Assembly: GCF_006345805.1 (NCBI RefSeq)
Contig: NC_043003.1
Span: 42,532,001-42,596,000 of the forward strand
Reading direction: 5' to 3'
Source: Octopus sinensis
Lineage: Eukaryota
DNA: 64,000 nt
The notes under the pieces are model-generated. The model had not been told where the DNA came from. It saw only the letters and a list, made by a program, of their open reading frames with translations, and searched no databases. Shown in pieces: positions 39,302-52,911 of this stretch. Each line of letters opens with the position of its first letter. The stretch's first letter is position 1. The translations under genes were made by a program, and so were the position numbers.

Positions 39302-40065
39302 AAGGAAGTGGCAGAATCGTTAGCACGTCGGGCGAAATGCTTAGCGGTATTTCGTTTGCCGTTACGTTCTGAGTTCAAATTCCGCCGAGGTCGAATTTGC
39401 CTTTCATCCATTCGGGGTCGATAAATTAAGTACCAGTTACGCACTGGGGTCGATGTAATCGACTTAATACCTATGTCTGTCCTTGTTTGTCCCCTCTGTG
39501 TTTAGCCCCTTGTGGATAATAAAGAAATAGGTATTTCGTTTGCCGTTACGTTCTGAGTTCAAATTCCGCCGAGGTCGACTTTGCCTTTCATCCTTTCGGG
39601 GTCGATAAATTAAGTACCAGTTACGCACTGGGGTCGATATAATCGACTTAATCCGTTTGTCTGTCCTTGTTTGTCACCTCTGTGTTTAGCCCCTTGCGGG
39701 TAATAAAGAAATAGGCATTTCGTCTGCGGCTACGTTCTGAGTTCAAATTCCGCCGATGTCGACTTTGCCTTTCATCCTTCCGGGGTCGATTAAATATGTA
39801 CCAGTTACGCACTGGAGTCGATATAATCGACTTAGTCCGTTTGTCTGTCCTTGTTTGTCCTCTCTGTATTTAGCCCCTTGTGGGTAGTAAAGAAATATGT
39901 ATTTCGTCTGCCTTTACGTTCTGAGTTCAAATTCCGCCGAGGTCAACTTTGCCTTTCAACCTTTCAGGATCGATAAACTAAATACCAGTTGAGCACCGGG
40001 GTCGATGCTATTGACTTAGCCCCACCCCTATCTTGCTGGCCTTGTGCTAAAATTTGAACCCAATT
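39302..40065 (+). mobile_element. SINE family A, four-unit tandem array
   Basis: Units begin at 39346, 39530, 39714 and 39898 (184-bp period). Confidence 0.92.
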
Positions 40066-41400
40066 TTATTATTGTTATTGGTTTTCTGTTGAATGGAAAT
40101 ATGTAATCAAGTGCTTTTTCGAAATTAGAACATGCCGCCCGGCCTGTGAATTGAACTCACGACTAATGACGCTGGGCGCCATACCTTGAAGCTTAAACCA
40201 TTGTTACAACAAAAGATTAGTGTGATCAAATTGCGACTCTTTCTTTAATACAATCTCTCTGTATTAGTATTCACGATGATATTGGAAGAGACAGTGTTGG
40301 TATTGATAGTAGTGGTGGTAGTGATGGTGGAGGTGGTGTTGATGATGGAGGTGGTGGCCATCGTAAAGGTGAAGTAGTGGCGTCATCGGTAGTGTTTGTC
40401 GTGGTGGTGATAGCTTTGGTGGTTTGCGACTTCACAGGGATTAAATCGATTCTCTATTTTTGAAGTCATTCCCCAATCAACTAATGACTTCAGAACACTC
40501 TTCCCAGTTTCTTATATATTTCGCTCTGTTATAAAATATATTAACAGCATTACGTTATTAGTTGTTGCATTAGATTGGTCGACAACTCTCGCTTGCAATA
40601 TATTCATATATTTGGGAGAAAGGAGAAATAAAACACACCTAAAAATACCAGCAAGTATTGGTAAACAAAGCCTCTAAAGTGGAATTAACGATCTTTCTCT
40701 GAAGCAAACGGATCAAAAGTTCTGATGACGCGGCAGTGCTAACAATTCGCGCGCGCGCACATACACCCATACGCACGCACGCACTCACGCACAAACAAGC
40801 ACGCATGCACCCACGAGCAAACAAACACACACGTATATATAGAGAGATGATAAATATAGATATAGACTTAGAGACTCTGAGAGAGAAAGAGGGAGGCATA
40901 GGGGGATAGAGGGTGATAGGGACAGAGAGAGAGAGAGAGAGTGAGGCAAAAGGAGAGAGAAAGACAGGGAGAGACCGAGAAACAGAAAGAAAGATGGATA
41001 GATCTAATGACAATAAACTAAGACAAATAACTGTAATGTGGCCAGTGGCATTCATCTAAGCAACAAAGACGAATGACGGTATATAACATACATTACATTG
41101 ATTAAAGTTATCATCCTTTCCAGATACGAAGCGGTAATTACGATCGACTCCAAATGAGGAGATAATCTTACGAATTCTCCACAAGTGGTAAGCCGTTAAC
41201 TAAAACACACCAATTTATTTTTAATCTCTGAACAAGCATACACGATCTCACCAGTAGAGCAACTGTCTTACTTTAATTCTCGTGAACGTATGTCGAAAAC
41301 ATATACAAAAACAGTGGTAAACATTTGTAATATGTATACATGTACAAATGTGTGTATATATCTGTGCGTGTATAGGTATGTTTTACATAACAGTATCTTT

Positions 41401-41727
41401 TATTTACTATGTCTTACTTGCTTCAGTCGTTAGACTACAACTTTATTAGAGCACCACTTTGGAGAATTTCAGTGGAACTAATCGACCCCAGCACTTGCTA
41501 TATCTATCTATTTTGACGAGCCGCTAAGTTACGTGGACGTAAACTTTCCGACGCCAGTTTTTAAGCGACGGTGGAGAAACGACATATATACGGCTGGCTT
41601 CTTTCAGATTCCATTTGCTAAATCCACGCAAGGCCTTGGTCAACCCTTGGTCAACAATGGCCCAAGATACCACGCGGTGTGAGTGAACTGGGAAGCAAGC
41701 TTCTTACCACGCAGCTACGCCTGCGCT
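41401..41727 (-). mobile_element. SINE family B, diverged
   Basis: Reverse-complement similarity across both halves. Confidence 0.72.
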
Positions 41728-41749
41728 TATCCATACAGTCATACCTGCG

Positions 41750-41778
<29 letters not shown>

Positions 41779-41782
<4 letters not shown>

Positions 41783-42129
41783 CATTATATAAAAGGGCTT
41801 AGTAAAATAAATTACTTTGCCGCATACTGAACTCGTTAGAAATAGCAGCTAAAAAAACTATTTCTAACACTTAAAGAAAACTCTCTCATATAGTGCTTGC
41901 TCAATTCAACCCAAGAAAGTATGAGGGTAGAGACATTAAAAAATCAAATGCAATTTGCATTTGATTTTTAATGTCTCTACCCTCATACTTTCTTGGGTTG
42001 AATTGAGCAAGCACTATATGAGAGAGGTTTTCTTAAGTGTTAGAAATAGTTTTTTTAGCTGCTATTTCTAACGAGTTCAGTATGCGGCAAAGTAATTTAT
42101 TTTACTAAGCCCTTTTATATAATGTAATA
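41779..42129. repeat. Near-perfect 351-bp palindrome with a 1-nt centre
   Basis: Symmetric about 41954 (caaatgcaa-t-ttgcatttg); only tiny compensating indels between the arms. Confidence 0.95.
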
Positions 42130-42217
42130 ATTTGAATTTGCCTTAAATGGTCCCTTTGCATACTGAATACTTGGTGAAATTGATTAATTAATTAATTAAT
42201 TTTACCCTCAATTGTTG

Positions 42218-42266
<49 letters not shown>

Positions 42267-42839
42267 CAGTCAGAAACGGAGGACAAGTTCAGAAAACTGC
42301 ATATTGAATTATTTATAAGGTTATTTGGCTTACACGAAATATCTGGTTAGTAAAACTGAAAATTTTACGTAAAAAAGCGTTGGAAAATTTATTTTTTCGT
42401 TTTTTATTGTAGAATCGGTGACACTTCTGGAACAAGAATTTGATTCTACAGCTATATAATCTTTCCTTTCTTACAAATTACTGTAATCACATCTAAAAAA
42501 ATTTTCTAAGTAGTAAAAATAAACAGCTAAATGAAAGAAAATATAATCACGTCCACAATAACTTCCATGTGTCTTTAACATAAACTAAAACTTTAAAATA
42601 ATTTTATGACAAACACAAAGCAAATAAATTTTATGAAGCAAATTCTTATTAAACAGTTCTGTTTTATCCCCAGGTTATAAAACAAATCAATGACAATAAC
42701 TCATATTACTTTAATTCAGAAAGGAGATTGCAGCCAAAGTACTGGCAATTTTTTTTTTTTATATAATCACCATCAAAATTTTTAGAAATGAACACAATGA
42801 AACCACAGTGTGTCAATTATAAATTGGTACAATGACATT

Positions 42840-43600
42840 GATAATAATACAAATTGAACCACTTCTGTATTGTAAATTATTATGTCTCACTCGTCAAATC
42901 TTATTCCAGTCAGCATTAAATTTCACCAGAAACCACATCCCAATTATGCTCAGTAGAAAATCTGTAGTATTCTTTGCAAATGGGTTGTTCGAGAAAAATA
43001 ATGAGTCTCCATTTAGCGTCAACATGGGCGCTGTTAACTCAGCTGAATTATGCGAATGTGTATTTAATTAATACGCATTGTTTTTAACCTCTTAGTAGTT
43101 GGTAGTTTAACTATAGATTAATAACTCGATATCTCAGTATACTTAAACACTTCCTAATACCACGCTCTAAATAACAGAACAGAATCCTACAGTACGTCTA
43201 TAATAGCTAAAACAACAGGTTCGGTTTCTTGAAGAGTCTCTCTAAAAGCACCAGTCTCAAGTTATGTAACATCTCGTACGATGAACCATTATTTAACAAC
43301 AAAGACTACCATCATTATGAACTTATACAATCTAACAATAAGCTAACATATATCAACAACAAAAGTTACAACAGTACCAGATGTAAAAACGGATAACGTG
43401 AGTATGCAATTTTTGGTTACCTTAAAAACACCTCTAAACTTAGTAAATACACACTTCTCAGTAAATGAAACTTCTGTAAAGACAGTTTCTCTACCGTTTT
43501 CAGTGTAACAGTGTCCCTATCGAATGTTAACTTGAAAAATGGTCATGATATCTAAAATATTTCCCCACCATAAAAACAGTATAAATTTGATCGTTTGTCT
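42840..43600 (+). mobile_element. Penelope-like reverse transcriptase remnant
   Basis: SRKSVVFF..LFEKNNESPFSVNMGAVNSAELCE resembles the PLE motif FDVTMGSYDGAEVCE; downstream NISYDEPLFN..NKLTY and FPHHK. Confidence 0.55.
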
Positions 43601-44528
43601 CTTAGACAACGATGCCTAAAAGTTTTGATTATCTATCCTGCCAAAGAGTTGCAAGTGACACACACGCACGCACACACACACACATACACACACACACACA
43701 CGCACATTCACACACAAATGTATATGTATTTGTGTGGGGGTATACACCTTAAGCACACGATAATTGTATATTCCAGAATATGTGTTTCAACAGTAAATGT
43801 TCTTGTGCTTTATACCTAATATTACATCCTTATGTAACGCTATATATATATATATATATATATACATAGACACACAGACATATTTATCAGATATTCATAC
43901 ATACATACATGCTAGGTGTGCGTGTGTGTAGTTTGGGTAAAATAAAGATAGCGCACGCTCAACCTTTCACACAATGCCCTCAGCCAAGTTTACTATATAA
44001 TATATACTTTTGATCGAGCTACACTGCTCCACGAAACTTCACGTCTTAACGATCTATGATATATATCTCTTATCTATCATTGCGATATATCTCCATACAA
44101 CACGCTGCCTGTTAGCAGAATGTCATGAACGGTATGTCAAACATCACTCTTGGGGACAACGAATCAGTTTTCTAATCAGAGATCCAACATTGATGCACTC
44201 AGTAAACCAGCGCCGTTTTTATACTTACTATTGCTATTGTTGTTGTTGTTGTTGTTACTAATATGCTATTGTTATTGTTTTGGCGCCGTTTTGATTGTTG
44301 TTTATGCTTTGTCACTTATATTGTTAAGTCCTATTATAAAGTTGATCGTTTGGGCAAAATCGCTGAACAAATCTTGCGATATTTACTTAGACAATTTTAA
44401 GTTGTGAGTTCAAATGCATCCAAACGTCAACTTAAGTTTTTTTTCCATTTGGGTAAAATACAAAAAGAGGAAATGGAGCAGTCGTTTATTGCGGTCCTCT
44501 TAATTGATAATGCAGAGAATCTTCTCTC

Positions 44529-44588
<60 letters not shown>

Positions 44589-44599
44589 GATGATGATGC

Positions 44600-45118
44600 A
44601 GTACTGGACAGTGGCTCTCATGGCTTCCGATCTTAACTGATTGGAATTGTTTTTGTCTTGGTATAAAAGATGGGCTACAGCAAATATTCTGCTCAATACC
44701 ACAGATTTGCTTGTCAGTTGTTTAACCTTAACCAGTTGACCATGTCCCTTAGTGGCTGACGATATGGGCAACTCTGATCATGAGCAGAAGTAGTGAAGGA
44801 GCATCATAGCCATGTGTTGAGAGAAATTCTTAGAGGTTTGGATAATTCACCATTGGAAACATTGGTGATTCGTTCAACATCCTTAAACAATCCTTATTCA
44901 GGGACCTTTTGAGCAGGATGGGCTACTCGACCAGAAGAAAATTCTAACTGGGCCCACCTGCAAGGTTATGCGCTGTTTGAGATCACCATGTCGCGCACAT
45001 ATGGTTGTGATGTATGTGCCTGGTGTACCCTTATCAGACGAGTAGTCGTGATGGGTATACTGGGCTTCGTATATTTTACCCCAGTGTCACTTTGATGGCA
45101 TGCACTGTTCTCTCACTC
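44600..45118. repeat. Non-coding block, probably an interspersed repeat, preceding H1 copy 4
   Basis: Single copy in this window, flanked by (AAT)n; recalled as a common octopus repeat but not verifiable here. Confidence 0.35.
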
Positions 45119-45168
<50 letters not shown>

Positions 45169-45250
45169 GAAGATAAGAAGAAGAAAAGAAGAAAAGAAGA
45201 AGAAGAAGAAGAAGAAGAAGACGAAGAAGAAGAAGAAGAAGAAGAAGAAG

Positions 45251-45405
45251 AACATCGAAAAATATCTTAGGAATGAGAACCCAGGTTCGAAATTTCCCCT
45301 AGACACCTAATGAAGGCTGGAGGGTATATTAGCTAAAACGTTGTGTTAACAACAAACGAGATGATGACAAATATAAATACTGTAAATAATGTAAATAGTG
45401 TAAAT
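45251..45405 (+). mobile_element. H1 tail copy 4 (degenerate hammerhead at 45302-45347)
   Basis: Homologous to the other H1 tails; core mutated (CTAATGA, AAAAC); preceded by (AAT)n(AAG)n. Confidence 0.82.
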
Positions 45406-46279
45406 TTATGCACGTTCATCCCTTTTAGTTTCCTTCTTTTTGTCGTTTGCCTTAATTATGAAAATTAATTACCAAATTTGTTCGTGACACTTTTGCTATA
45501 TGCATCGAATGATTTTACACATAGAGAATAGATTAATTTCATGTTGCAGAAAATAGCGTTTCCAAAAGTTAACATCCAGAAACATCGAACATACGACCTT
45601 GCGTTTGCAAAGCAAACTTTGTACCTGTTGGCTCATACTGCATTTTTAAATGTATTATTCAAACACATGTTTATGCAGATACACTCATTTACCTCCTCAA
45701 ACATTGTATGCCATTATATTGTATATCAAATAAAATAAATAATATATATATGCATATATACATTCGTACATACATGTACTTACGTACATATATACGTATA
45801 TACACATGCTTATATAGGTACAGGACGTCAAAAACGTAAACACCATGAGAAGCGAGAACATGAAATAAAAACAACATGGAAAACGAACTTTTTGCGAACA
45901 ATGAAAGAAACAAATAAAAAAAACGAGACAAGTAACATAAAGAACAATCCCTTCATGTTGTCCACTGTTTTATCTACTCCGCATTTCGAGCGTTAGGACA
46001 AGATGAGTCTTCGTCAAAACAAAGCAAATTAAATAAAATTTGGGATTTGCGGAGGGTCAAAGTTGATAACAAAAACAGAACAGTTAAAACAAACGGTAAG
46101 AGGTGTTAAACCATAACGAGGCGAAGCGGTGAATGCTGGAGTAACGAGCTTTGACAGGAGACAGACAAAAACGCGTACTATCCATTATAGCTGAAGCAGG
46201 AGGTGAAGAATTAAAGAAAGGGTGAGACAGAAAAAAAAATATAGAAAGAGGAAGAGAGAGGGAGAGAAGGAGAGTAGGC

Positions 46280-46330
<51 letters not shown>

Positions 46331-46401
46331 GAGATATTGATAGAATAGTGTCGTATCAGAATTATTACGATAAAACTTACTTGGAAATGGATGCGTGACG
46401 T

Positions 46402-46435
<34 letters not shown>

Positions 46436-46460
46436 TTCTCCACCACAACTTCGTTTAGGC

Positions 46461-47795
46461 TTAGCAGCCCTTCCTGTTTGATATGAAAACATCATTGCGC
46501 CTCCCAACGCGTGAACAGCCCACGTAGAGTTGACCGTGGGCGAAGCACTGTTTGCCTAAATGTAACCCAGCGACTTGTAGCGTTTGGCCTTGGGATTTAT
46601 TGATGGACATTGCGAAGCAGAGTTTTACAGGAAACTGAGAACGCTTGAAGTGGATTGGTAGGTCAGCGCCCGACGGTTGAAGGTGCATGCATGGAATGAA
46701 GACGTCCTCTCCCTTCCCACAACCGGTAAGTATTGTGGTCGTTATTAAATGTGGTGCCAAATGTTTCACAACCAGACGTGTGCCGTTGCACTGTTTAGGT
46801 GGAACCAAATTCCTGATGAGCATAATGGGCGCACCGACTTTTAACTTCAAGATGTGTAGCGGCAGGCCTGGCGGTTCAAGTGAATTCAGGAATTCAACAG
46901 GATGATTGGCAAGCTCGGTGGTGTCTGCTGCCCTATCTATAGATTTGTAGACGTGGGCATCACCAGGAATAGCTTCAAGTAGCTGTATATTGATGGAGTT
47001 AACGGTTGTATTTTTGGGTGCGAGAATAGCTCTGCCTGCCAGCCATTTTAGGTCGCATAAATTGTTTTGTAGGTCGTGGAAGACAGCGTCCCGGAGGCTA
47101 GCAGGGGTGTCGACAGTGGTGCAAAGTGAGTCCAATTGAACGCAGCCGTCCGCATCAGCGGGCATCCTATTTTCACCGAGCGATGAAAGGTCCCTGGAGA
47201 ATGCAGCAGATCCGCTGTCACCAATCAACTGCGCGCGCATGTTAGTTTGGAGGTGCAAGGGCCGCACATATGCCCAAAGAGCTGACGACTTAAGGCACGC
47301 GCGCACAGCATCGGCACAGGTTACTTTTGGAATAACAGGTAGAGTCTGCCTGAAGTCTCCTGAAAGAAGTAAAGTCAATCCTCCCATGGGGACCGTAGAG
47401 TCTCTGATATCTTGCAGGGACCTGTCCAGTGCCTCAAGGGCGCCTTTGTGTGCCATAGTGCACTCGTCTCATACGATGAGTTTGCATCTGCGCAGAATGT
47501 CGGCCTGTTTTGAGTTCTTGGCGATGTTGGTGATAGGTGATCGAGCGGGAGTCTAAAGGCAGAGTGGGCGGTTCTGCCACCCGGAAGCAACGTGGCCGCG
47601 AAACCAGAGGAAGCTACAGCCAGGGCAATGTCCGTGTTGCGTCTGACCTCCGCCAGAATCAGTTTCGTGACGAAGGTTTTGCCAGTGCCGCCAGGTGCGT
47701 CAAGGAAGTAAATGCCCCCACGTTGCTGCCTGACAGAGTCTACGATGGTGTTGTAGGCTATGCGCTGGTCTGGAAGCGGTCGTGGTTCATTATCT
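46461..47795 (-). mobile_element. Helitron PIF1-like helicase fragment (pseudogenised)
   Basis: LDAPGGTGKTF, LLPGGRTAHSAFRLPL, LIV*DECTMAHK (premature stop), GDFRQTLPV, ILAPKN, CNGTRLVV, QFPVKLCFAMSINKSQGQTL, HGQLYVGCSRV; one frameshift. Confidence 0.95.
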
Positions 47796-47829
47796 TAGAC
47801 AGTCTATGGTTTGCTATGTGTGCCACATA

Positions 47830-48345
47830 TGATTTAATTAACCGATTTTTTTCCAGTAATAAAGTATCCTATTGGAATAAAAAGGGCCATATAGCTCCTT
47901 GGAGCATACATGATGCTCGCTGTGAATTTAAAAAAAATTCCCGCCAATTTGTTAAAGATATTGTCGAAAATATGTCATCTTGAATTTGAACGCGATTTCC
48001 CAAAATGGCATGATTTTATCGATTTTTTCTGATGGTAAGGTATTGCATGGAAACTAACGTCAGAATTAAGTTTCTTATGATAACATTAAGGTTCACCATG
48101 AGTTTGGTGAAAATCGATTGCAAAACTACAACAGAAAATGTGTTGCATATGAAAAGCTTAGATTCTCGACCCCATGTCGAATTTATCGAATTTTTTCAGA
48201 ACTGGGGGAACTGCGTTAGTTTTGAATTATGACATTGGGCTATGTGTGTGTCAAGTTTCATCAGAATCGGTTGAAAGTCGTGGTCAGGGTGAGGGTACAA
48301 ACTGACAGACACATAGACAGACAATCTGCCTTTTATATAGAGAGA
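47830..48345 (+). mobile_element. Non-autonomous Helitron-like (DINE-1/Lep1-style) segment
   Basis: Ends with aagtttcatcagaatcggttg...acagacacatagacagac...ttttatataga, the usual 3' architecture of such elements. Confidence 0.45.
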
Positions 48346-48427
48346 GATTTATACTATTATATGATTGAACGACACGCATCCTCTTCCAAGAACAAGTTTT
48401 CTTCTCTCTCTCTTCCTCTCTCTCTCT

Positions 48428-48482
<55 letters not shown>

Positions 48483-48571
48483 ATATATATATATATGTAT
48501 ATGTATATATATATATATGTGTATATTATCTATCATCTATCTATCTATCTATCTATATATCTATCTATCTA

Positions 48572-48631
<60 letters not shown>

Positions 48632-49409
48632 GATGTACACACAGATGTATGTCTGTATAATATATATATGCTTTAAACACACAAAAATATACGCACATAT
48701 ATACACATACACACCACACATATAAATATATGCTTCTTCTCTCACCAGCCAACAAGAAATCCACATGAGTGAAAATATAACAACAAAGCTGCCCCGTGTT
48801 ATTAGTACTTGAACCAGTTAACACAGGTTAGACAAACAACTGTTATCTTAAACCATTTACATTTTTTTTTAATCTGTGTAAACTGATATTAGATTGTCGC
48901 TTGACACATCACCACATCCATTATCATCATTCTTCATCTACTTCAACGTGTGCTCTGTCTGAATCATCATCACACCCAACACTTTCGTCACTAACGAGTC
49001 AACTGTTAACTCTGTTTTCGTTCAACCTGCTAAAGAAAGCAGCTAAATATTTTTTTGAAACAAAGCATGACACCCCACCCCCACCCTAAAAAAAAAGAAA
49101 AAGAAAAAGGTTTTATTTAGATTACTCTTTGGTGGATAAAAAATAGGATGGTCACAGTTGAAACATCTATGATCCTTTGCATAAACTTTGCTGGCCTACA
49201 ATTAGCTACAAAGCCCCAATGTATGTTGCATTCTATTTCTGTACATTGTGGCAGCAAGGTCAGAAGGCACGTACATAGCCTAATGATGCTTTTCCATGTC
49301 CCTTTCGTTTTTCTGGTATAAGGAAGTTAAAGATCAAGAAAATTTTGTTAGGAATATGGGTTTATATTTTTTCTTGTTTTGTGATGTAGTTTTGTTGTTG
49401 GGATATGTA

Positions 49410-49943
49410 TTGGGTTGTCCGGAAAGTTTGTGCTAATTTTTAAAGGAAAGAAAAACGTCCATAAATACTTGCCATTACATTTTTAATCAACCAAATATGA
49501 ACCACTTTCTTGCACAATGCGTCTCCATCTTTCCTTTAACTTGAAAACCCCCAGAATTGAGGTGGTTTCATGGCAAAGAATTCATTTGAAATTTTTACTA
49601 TTAAGACTATTCTACAGAGACCTGAATAAGTGGAAATCCGAAGGAGCAATATCTGGTGAATATGGAGGTTGGGGGTAACACATTCCCAGCCGAGCTGCAG
49701 CCAATTTTTTTGTCGGTTCCCAAAGCATCAAGTGCCGAAAATGAACTTTCTTATCTTCCATTTTAAAGGGTTACAGAATTAACACAGGTTATAAGAACAT
49801 AAACCTTCTTCCACGAAAAGATAGCTTAAACTATGCTCTAAATGGAGGTGTAGTAAAATCCTATTTTATGGACTCAACCATGTTCTAAAATAAATCGAAA
49901 GGTAAGCTAATATAGATCGGCACGAACTTTCCGGACAACCAAA
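49410..49943 (-). mobile_element. Internally deleted mariner with both TIRs
   Basis: TA-flanked 24-bp TIRs (TTGGGTTGTCCGGAAAGTTTGTGC / GCACGAACTTTCCGGACAACCAAA). Relics MEDKKVHFRHLMLWE, PPYSPDIAPSDFHLFRSL, KLKERWRRIVQESGSYLVD*. Confidence 0.9.
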
Positions 49944-51310
49944 TATAATATTATGACTTTGATCTTGTTGTTTAGCGTCAGATTAAATCTGATCGAGCTC
50001 TTCTGTGGACAATAACGTTTCAGTCTTTACTGTCTCGTGCTTTATTATCATTTTTGTATACCTTAGATTCTATAGACTGACCAGTATGTCTTTTCTGTAA
50101 AACAGTTGGCTATAATCTGAAGGCACTTGAGGTTGGCTTGTAACTCGTTGGCGACGTAGATGAAAGCACACATATATTCTTCATGCTTGACGCATGACGG
50201 TGAATTGCAGAATTAGTAAAGTAAAGGACAGAATGTTTTTGGATATGTACTAAGTTATGCTTTGCTATGTAATTCGATGTGTATATAAGCAAGAATTTTA
50301 AATTTCAGTTGATTGCTAATTATGAGAGAATTTTATGCGGCAATGCTTATGCTTTTTCGACATCTTTATTTATTTTTTTTCTGCTAAACAATCGCCTTGG
50401 AATTTTTTAACAACTTTATGTTGACCTGAGTGTTTTATGTCATTTTCTCTCTTATTATTTTATTCGTTTGATTAGTGTTCCCTTCCGAGCGTCTTTTGTT
50501 TTTAAGGCTTATTTTTATTCTATGGCTGTGTAGGCTCAGGTTAGCTTTCAGGGAATACGGCAGGGTGAAGCTGAATGAGATTTGGTTGCTAATTCTAGCA
50601 GTCGGACGGATTCCTTTACGGTGTCGAATCAAAAGGATCCCGGTAATGTTTAATATGGGCCCCGGGTCAATTTTTATAAGCAAATTTTTTTATTAGTTAA
50701 ATATTACCATATTCTGTAAAAAGAAGATGAGATGACAAAGGAATAAACGATTTATCTTATGAACTTATTATCTTCATAAGATAGTCGTTTAATTTTCTTT
50801 GTCATGTCATGTTCTTATTACCATGCCATGTTCTTATTACTCAACTAAAGCTTAGTTCAGAAGCTTAAGTATTTTGAGTTCTATATCAGGTTCGTTAGTC
50901 TCGCAATGCCTAAGCCAAATATTCTGTAACATATATATATATAGACACCTGTTGTTATGTTCTGTTATTATTTTTATTGTATTTGTGTAACATCGTCCGT
51001 TTTTTCCCGTCCTTGTTTTGTATACATTCGCTGCTTTCTTCCACGGAATCTAATGCTCTTAGCTTAGTTTTTCCTTGAGGTTGGCCAGATTGGAGCAATC
51101 TCAAGTATAATTCAGCCGAAATTGCGAAGATAATCTAATACTTGACTGAGGAAAGAAAACCCCGAATGACCCGTCCTTGTTTTCTTTGTATCGTCTATCT
51201 GGACGTTTTGTTGTCCAATTTTTGTATCACCTAACTGTCCGGATGTTTTGCGTTCTTGTCTCATTATATATATATATATATATTATATATATATATATAT
51301 TATATATACC

Positions 51311-51730
51311 CTTTATTCTTTTACTCTTTTATTTGTTTCAGTCACTGGAATGCGGCCATGCTGGAGCACCGCCTTTAGTCGAGCAAATTGACCTCAGGCC
51401 TTATTCTTTGGATGCCTAGTACTTATTCTATCGGTCTCTTTTTGCCGAACCGCTAAGTTACGGGAACGTAAACACACTCCTATCTGTTGTCAAGCGATGT
51501 CTGGGGGACAAACACAGACACACAAACAAAACACACACACCACACACACACACACCACACACACACACACCACACACACACACACACATATATATATATT
51601 ATATATATATATATACATATTTATATATACATATATATATATATATACATATATATATTACATACAATATCTATACATATATATACAGATATACGACGGC
51701 TTCTTTCAGTTTCGTCTACCAATACACTCA
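51311..51730 (-). mobile_element. SINE family B, head missing
   Basis: Reverse-complement 3' part and linker. Confidence 0.8.
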
Positions 51731-52016
51731 CGCGTGTAGGGAGAATTCATAAAAGTATGTATGCACACACACACATATCGGTGGCATGCGCTCAGAATTA
51801 CTATAATGTATACTGGCCCTTTTATCCCTTTATTTCGGTCTACATTATACGTTAGTTGTTACGGAATAATTGTTCCTATCCTCCATATGAGAACTTGTTT
51901 ATTGTTCAGTCCGGTCGTAAACATAAACAAGGTTGACATACCTGCCATTGAGACTCTTTCGTTGAGTCGTTGTTGCTTTAAGAAAACGAGCGAGTAATAA
52001 GTGAGAAAAATATAAT

Positions 52017-52414
52017 TACTCTTTTACTCTTTTACTTGTTTCAGTCATGTGATGTGGCCATGCTGGAGCAACACCTTTTAGTCGATCAAATCGACCCGAG
52101 GAGTTATTCTTTGTAAGCCTAGTACTTATTTCATCGGTCTCTTTTTGCCGAACCGCTAAGTTACGGGAACGTAAACACACCAGCATCGGCTGTCAAGCGA
52201 TGTTGGGGGGACAAACACAGACAAGCACGCACAAACACATATATGCATATACATATATACGACGGGCTTCTTTCAGTTTCCGTCTACCAAATCCACTCAT
52301 AAGGCTTTGGTCATAAGGCTATAGTAGAAGACACTTGCCCAAGGTACCACGCAGTGGGACTGAACCCGGAACCATGTGGATGGTAAACAAGCTACTTACC
52401 ACACAGCCACTCCT
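52017..52414 (-). mobile_element. SINE family B, full length
   Basis: Close match to the 11487 copy. Confidence 0.9.
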
Positions 52415-52799
52415 GTCAGTCTTGTTACTAGGGTTGCGAGAAGCTTGTTAAATTTCTTCCAACCACTTGAAATATTTTACACTTTCCCTTTGTTATTTAA
52501 AATTTTCTCTTTGTAATTTCTTTTATTATGAATTTCTAGGGTAATATGAATTAATTTTCGTCATCAACACGCAAAATTACATCGAAATGATAGTTTTTTT
52601 GAAATTATTCAGCTGAAAATTTGAAATAACTAAATTAGTTGGAAAGACTTTAACAAGATCCGGTAAGCAGTTCTGCAGTCATTGTTTTGCGTTATGACTT
52701 ATTCTGCTTCTTAGAGTTTGTTGTTGTAACTGTTGGTTGTTAAAGTTCCTACGTGTGTTCTTCGATAGGCAAGGTTGCTTATCCCCACCAACAAGGCTG

Positions 52800-52815
52800 C
52801 ACCTACCACCTACAT

Positions 52816-52911
<96 letters not shown>

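Noticed and set aside
39302-40065. CRISPR-like repeat array
   Set aside because: Units are contiguous 184-bp SINE copies with no unique spacers, no cas genes, and a eukaryotic context.
45985-46030. Hammerhead-like motif on the minus strand (TTGACGA...GCTCGAAATGC)
   Set aside because: Stem II and the cleavage triplet cannot be formed convincingly.
46461-47456. Host PIF1 helicase gene
   Set aside because: Intronless, with an upstream premature stop and frameshift, and Helitron-type motifs; it is a transposon relic.
51070-51140. Hammerhead in the 50940-51265 repeat (GGTTGG...CAGCCGAAATTGCG)
   Set aside because: No CUGANGA box and no NUH triplet in the correct position.
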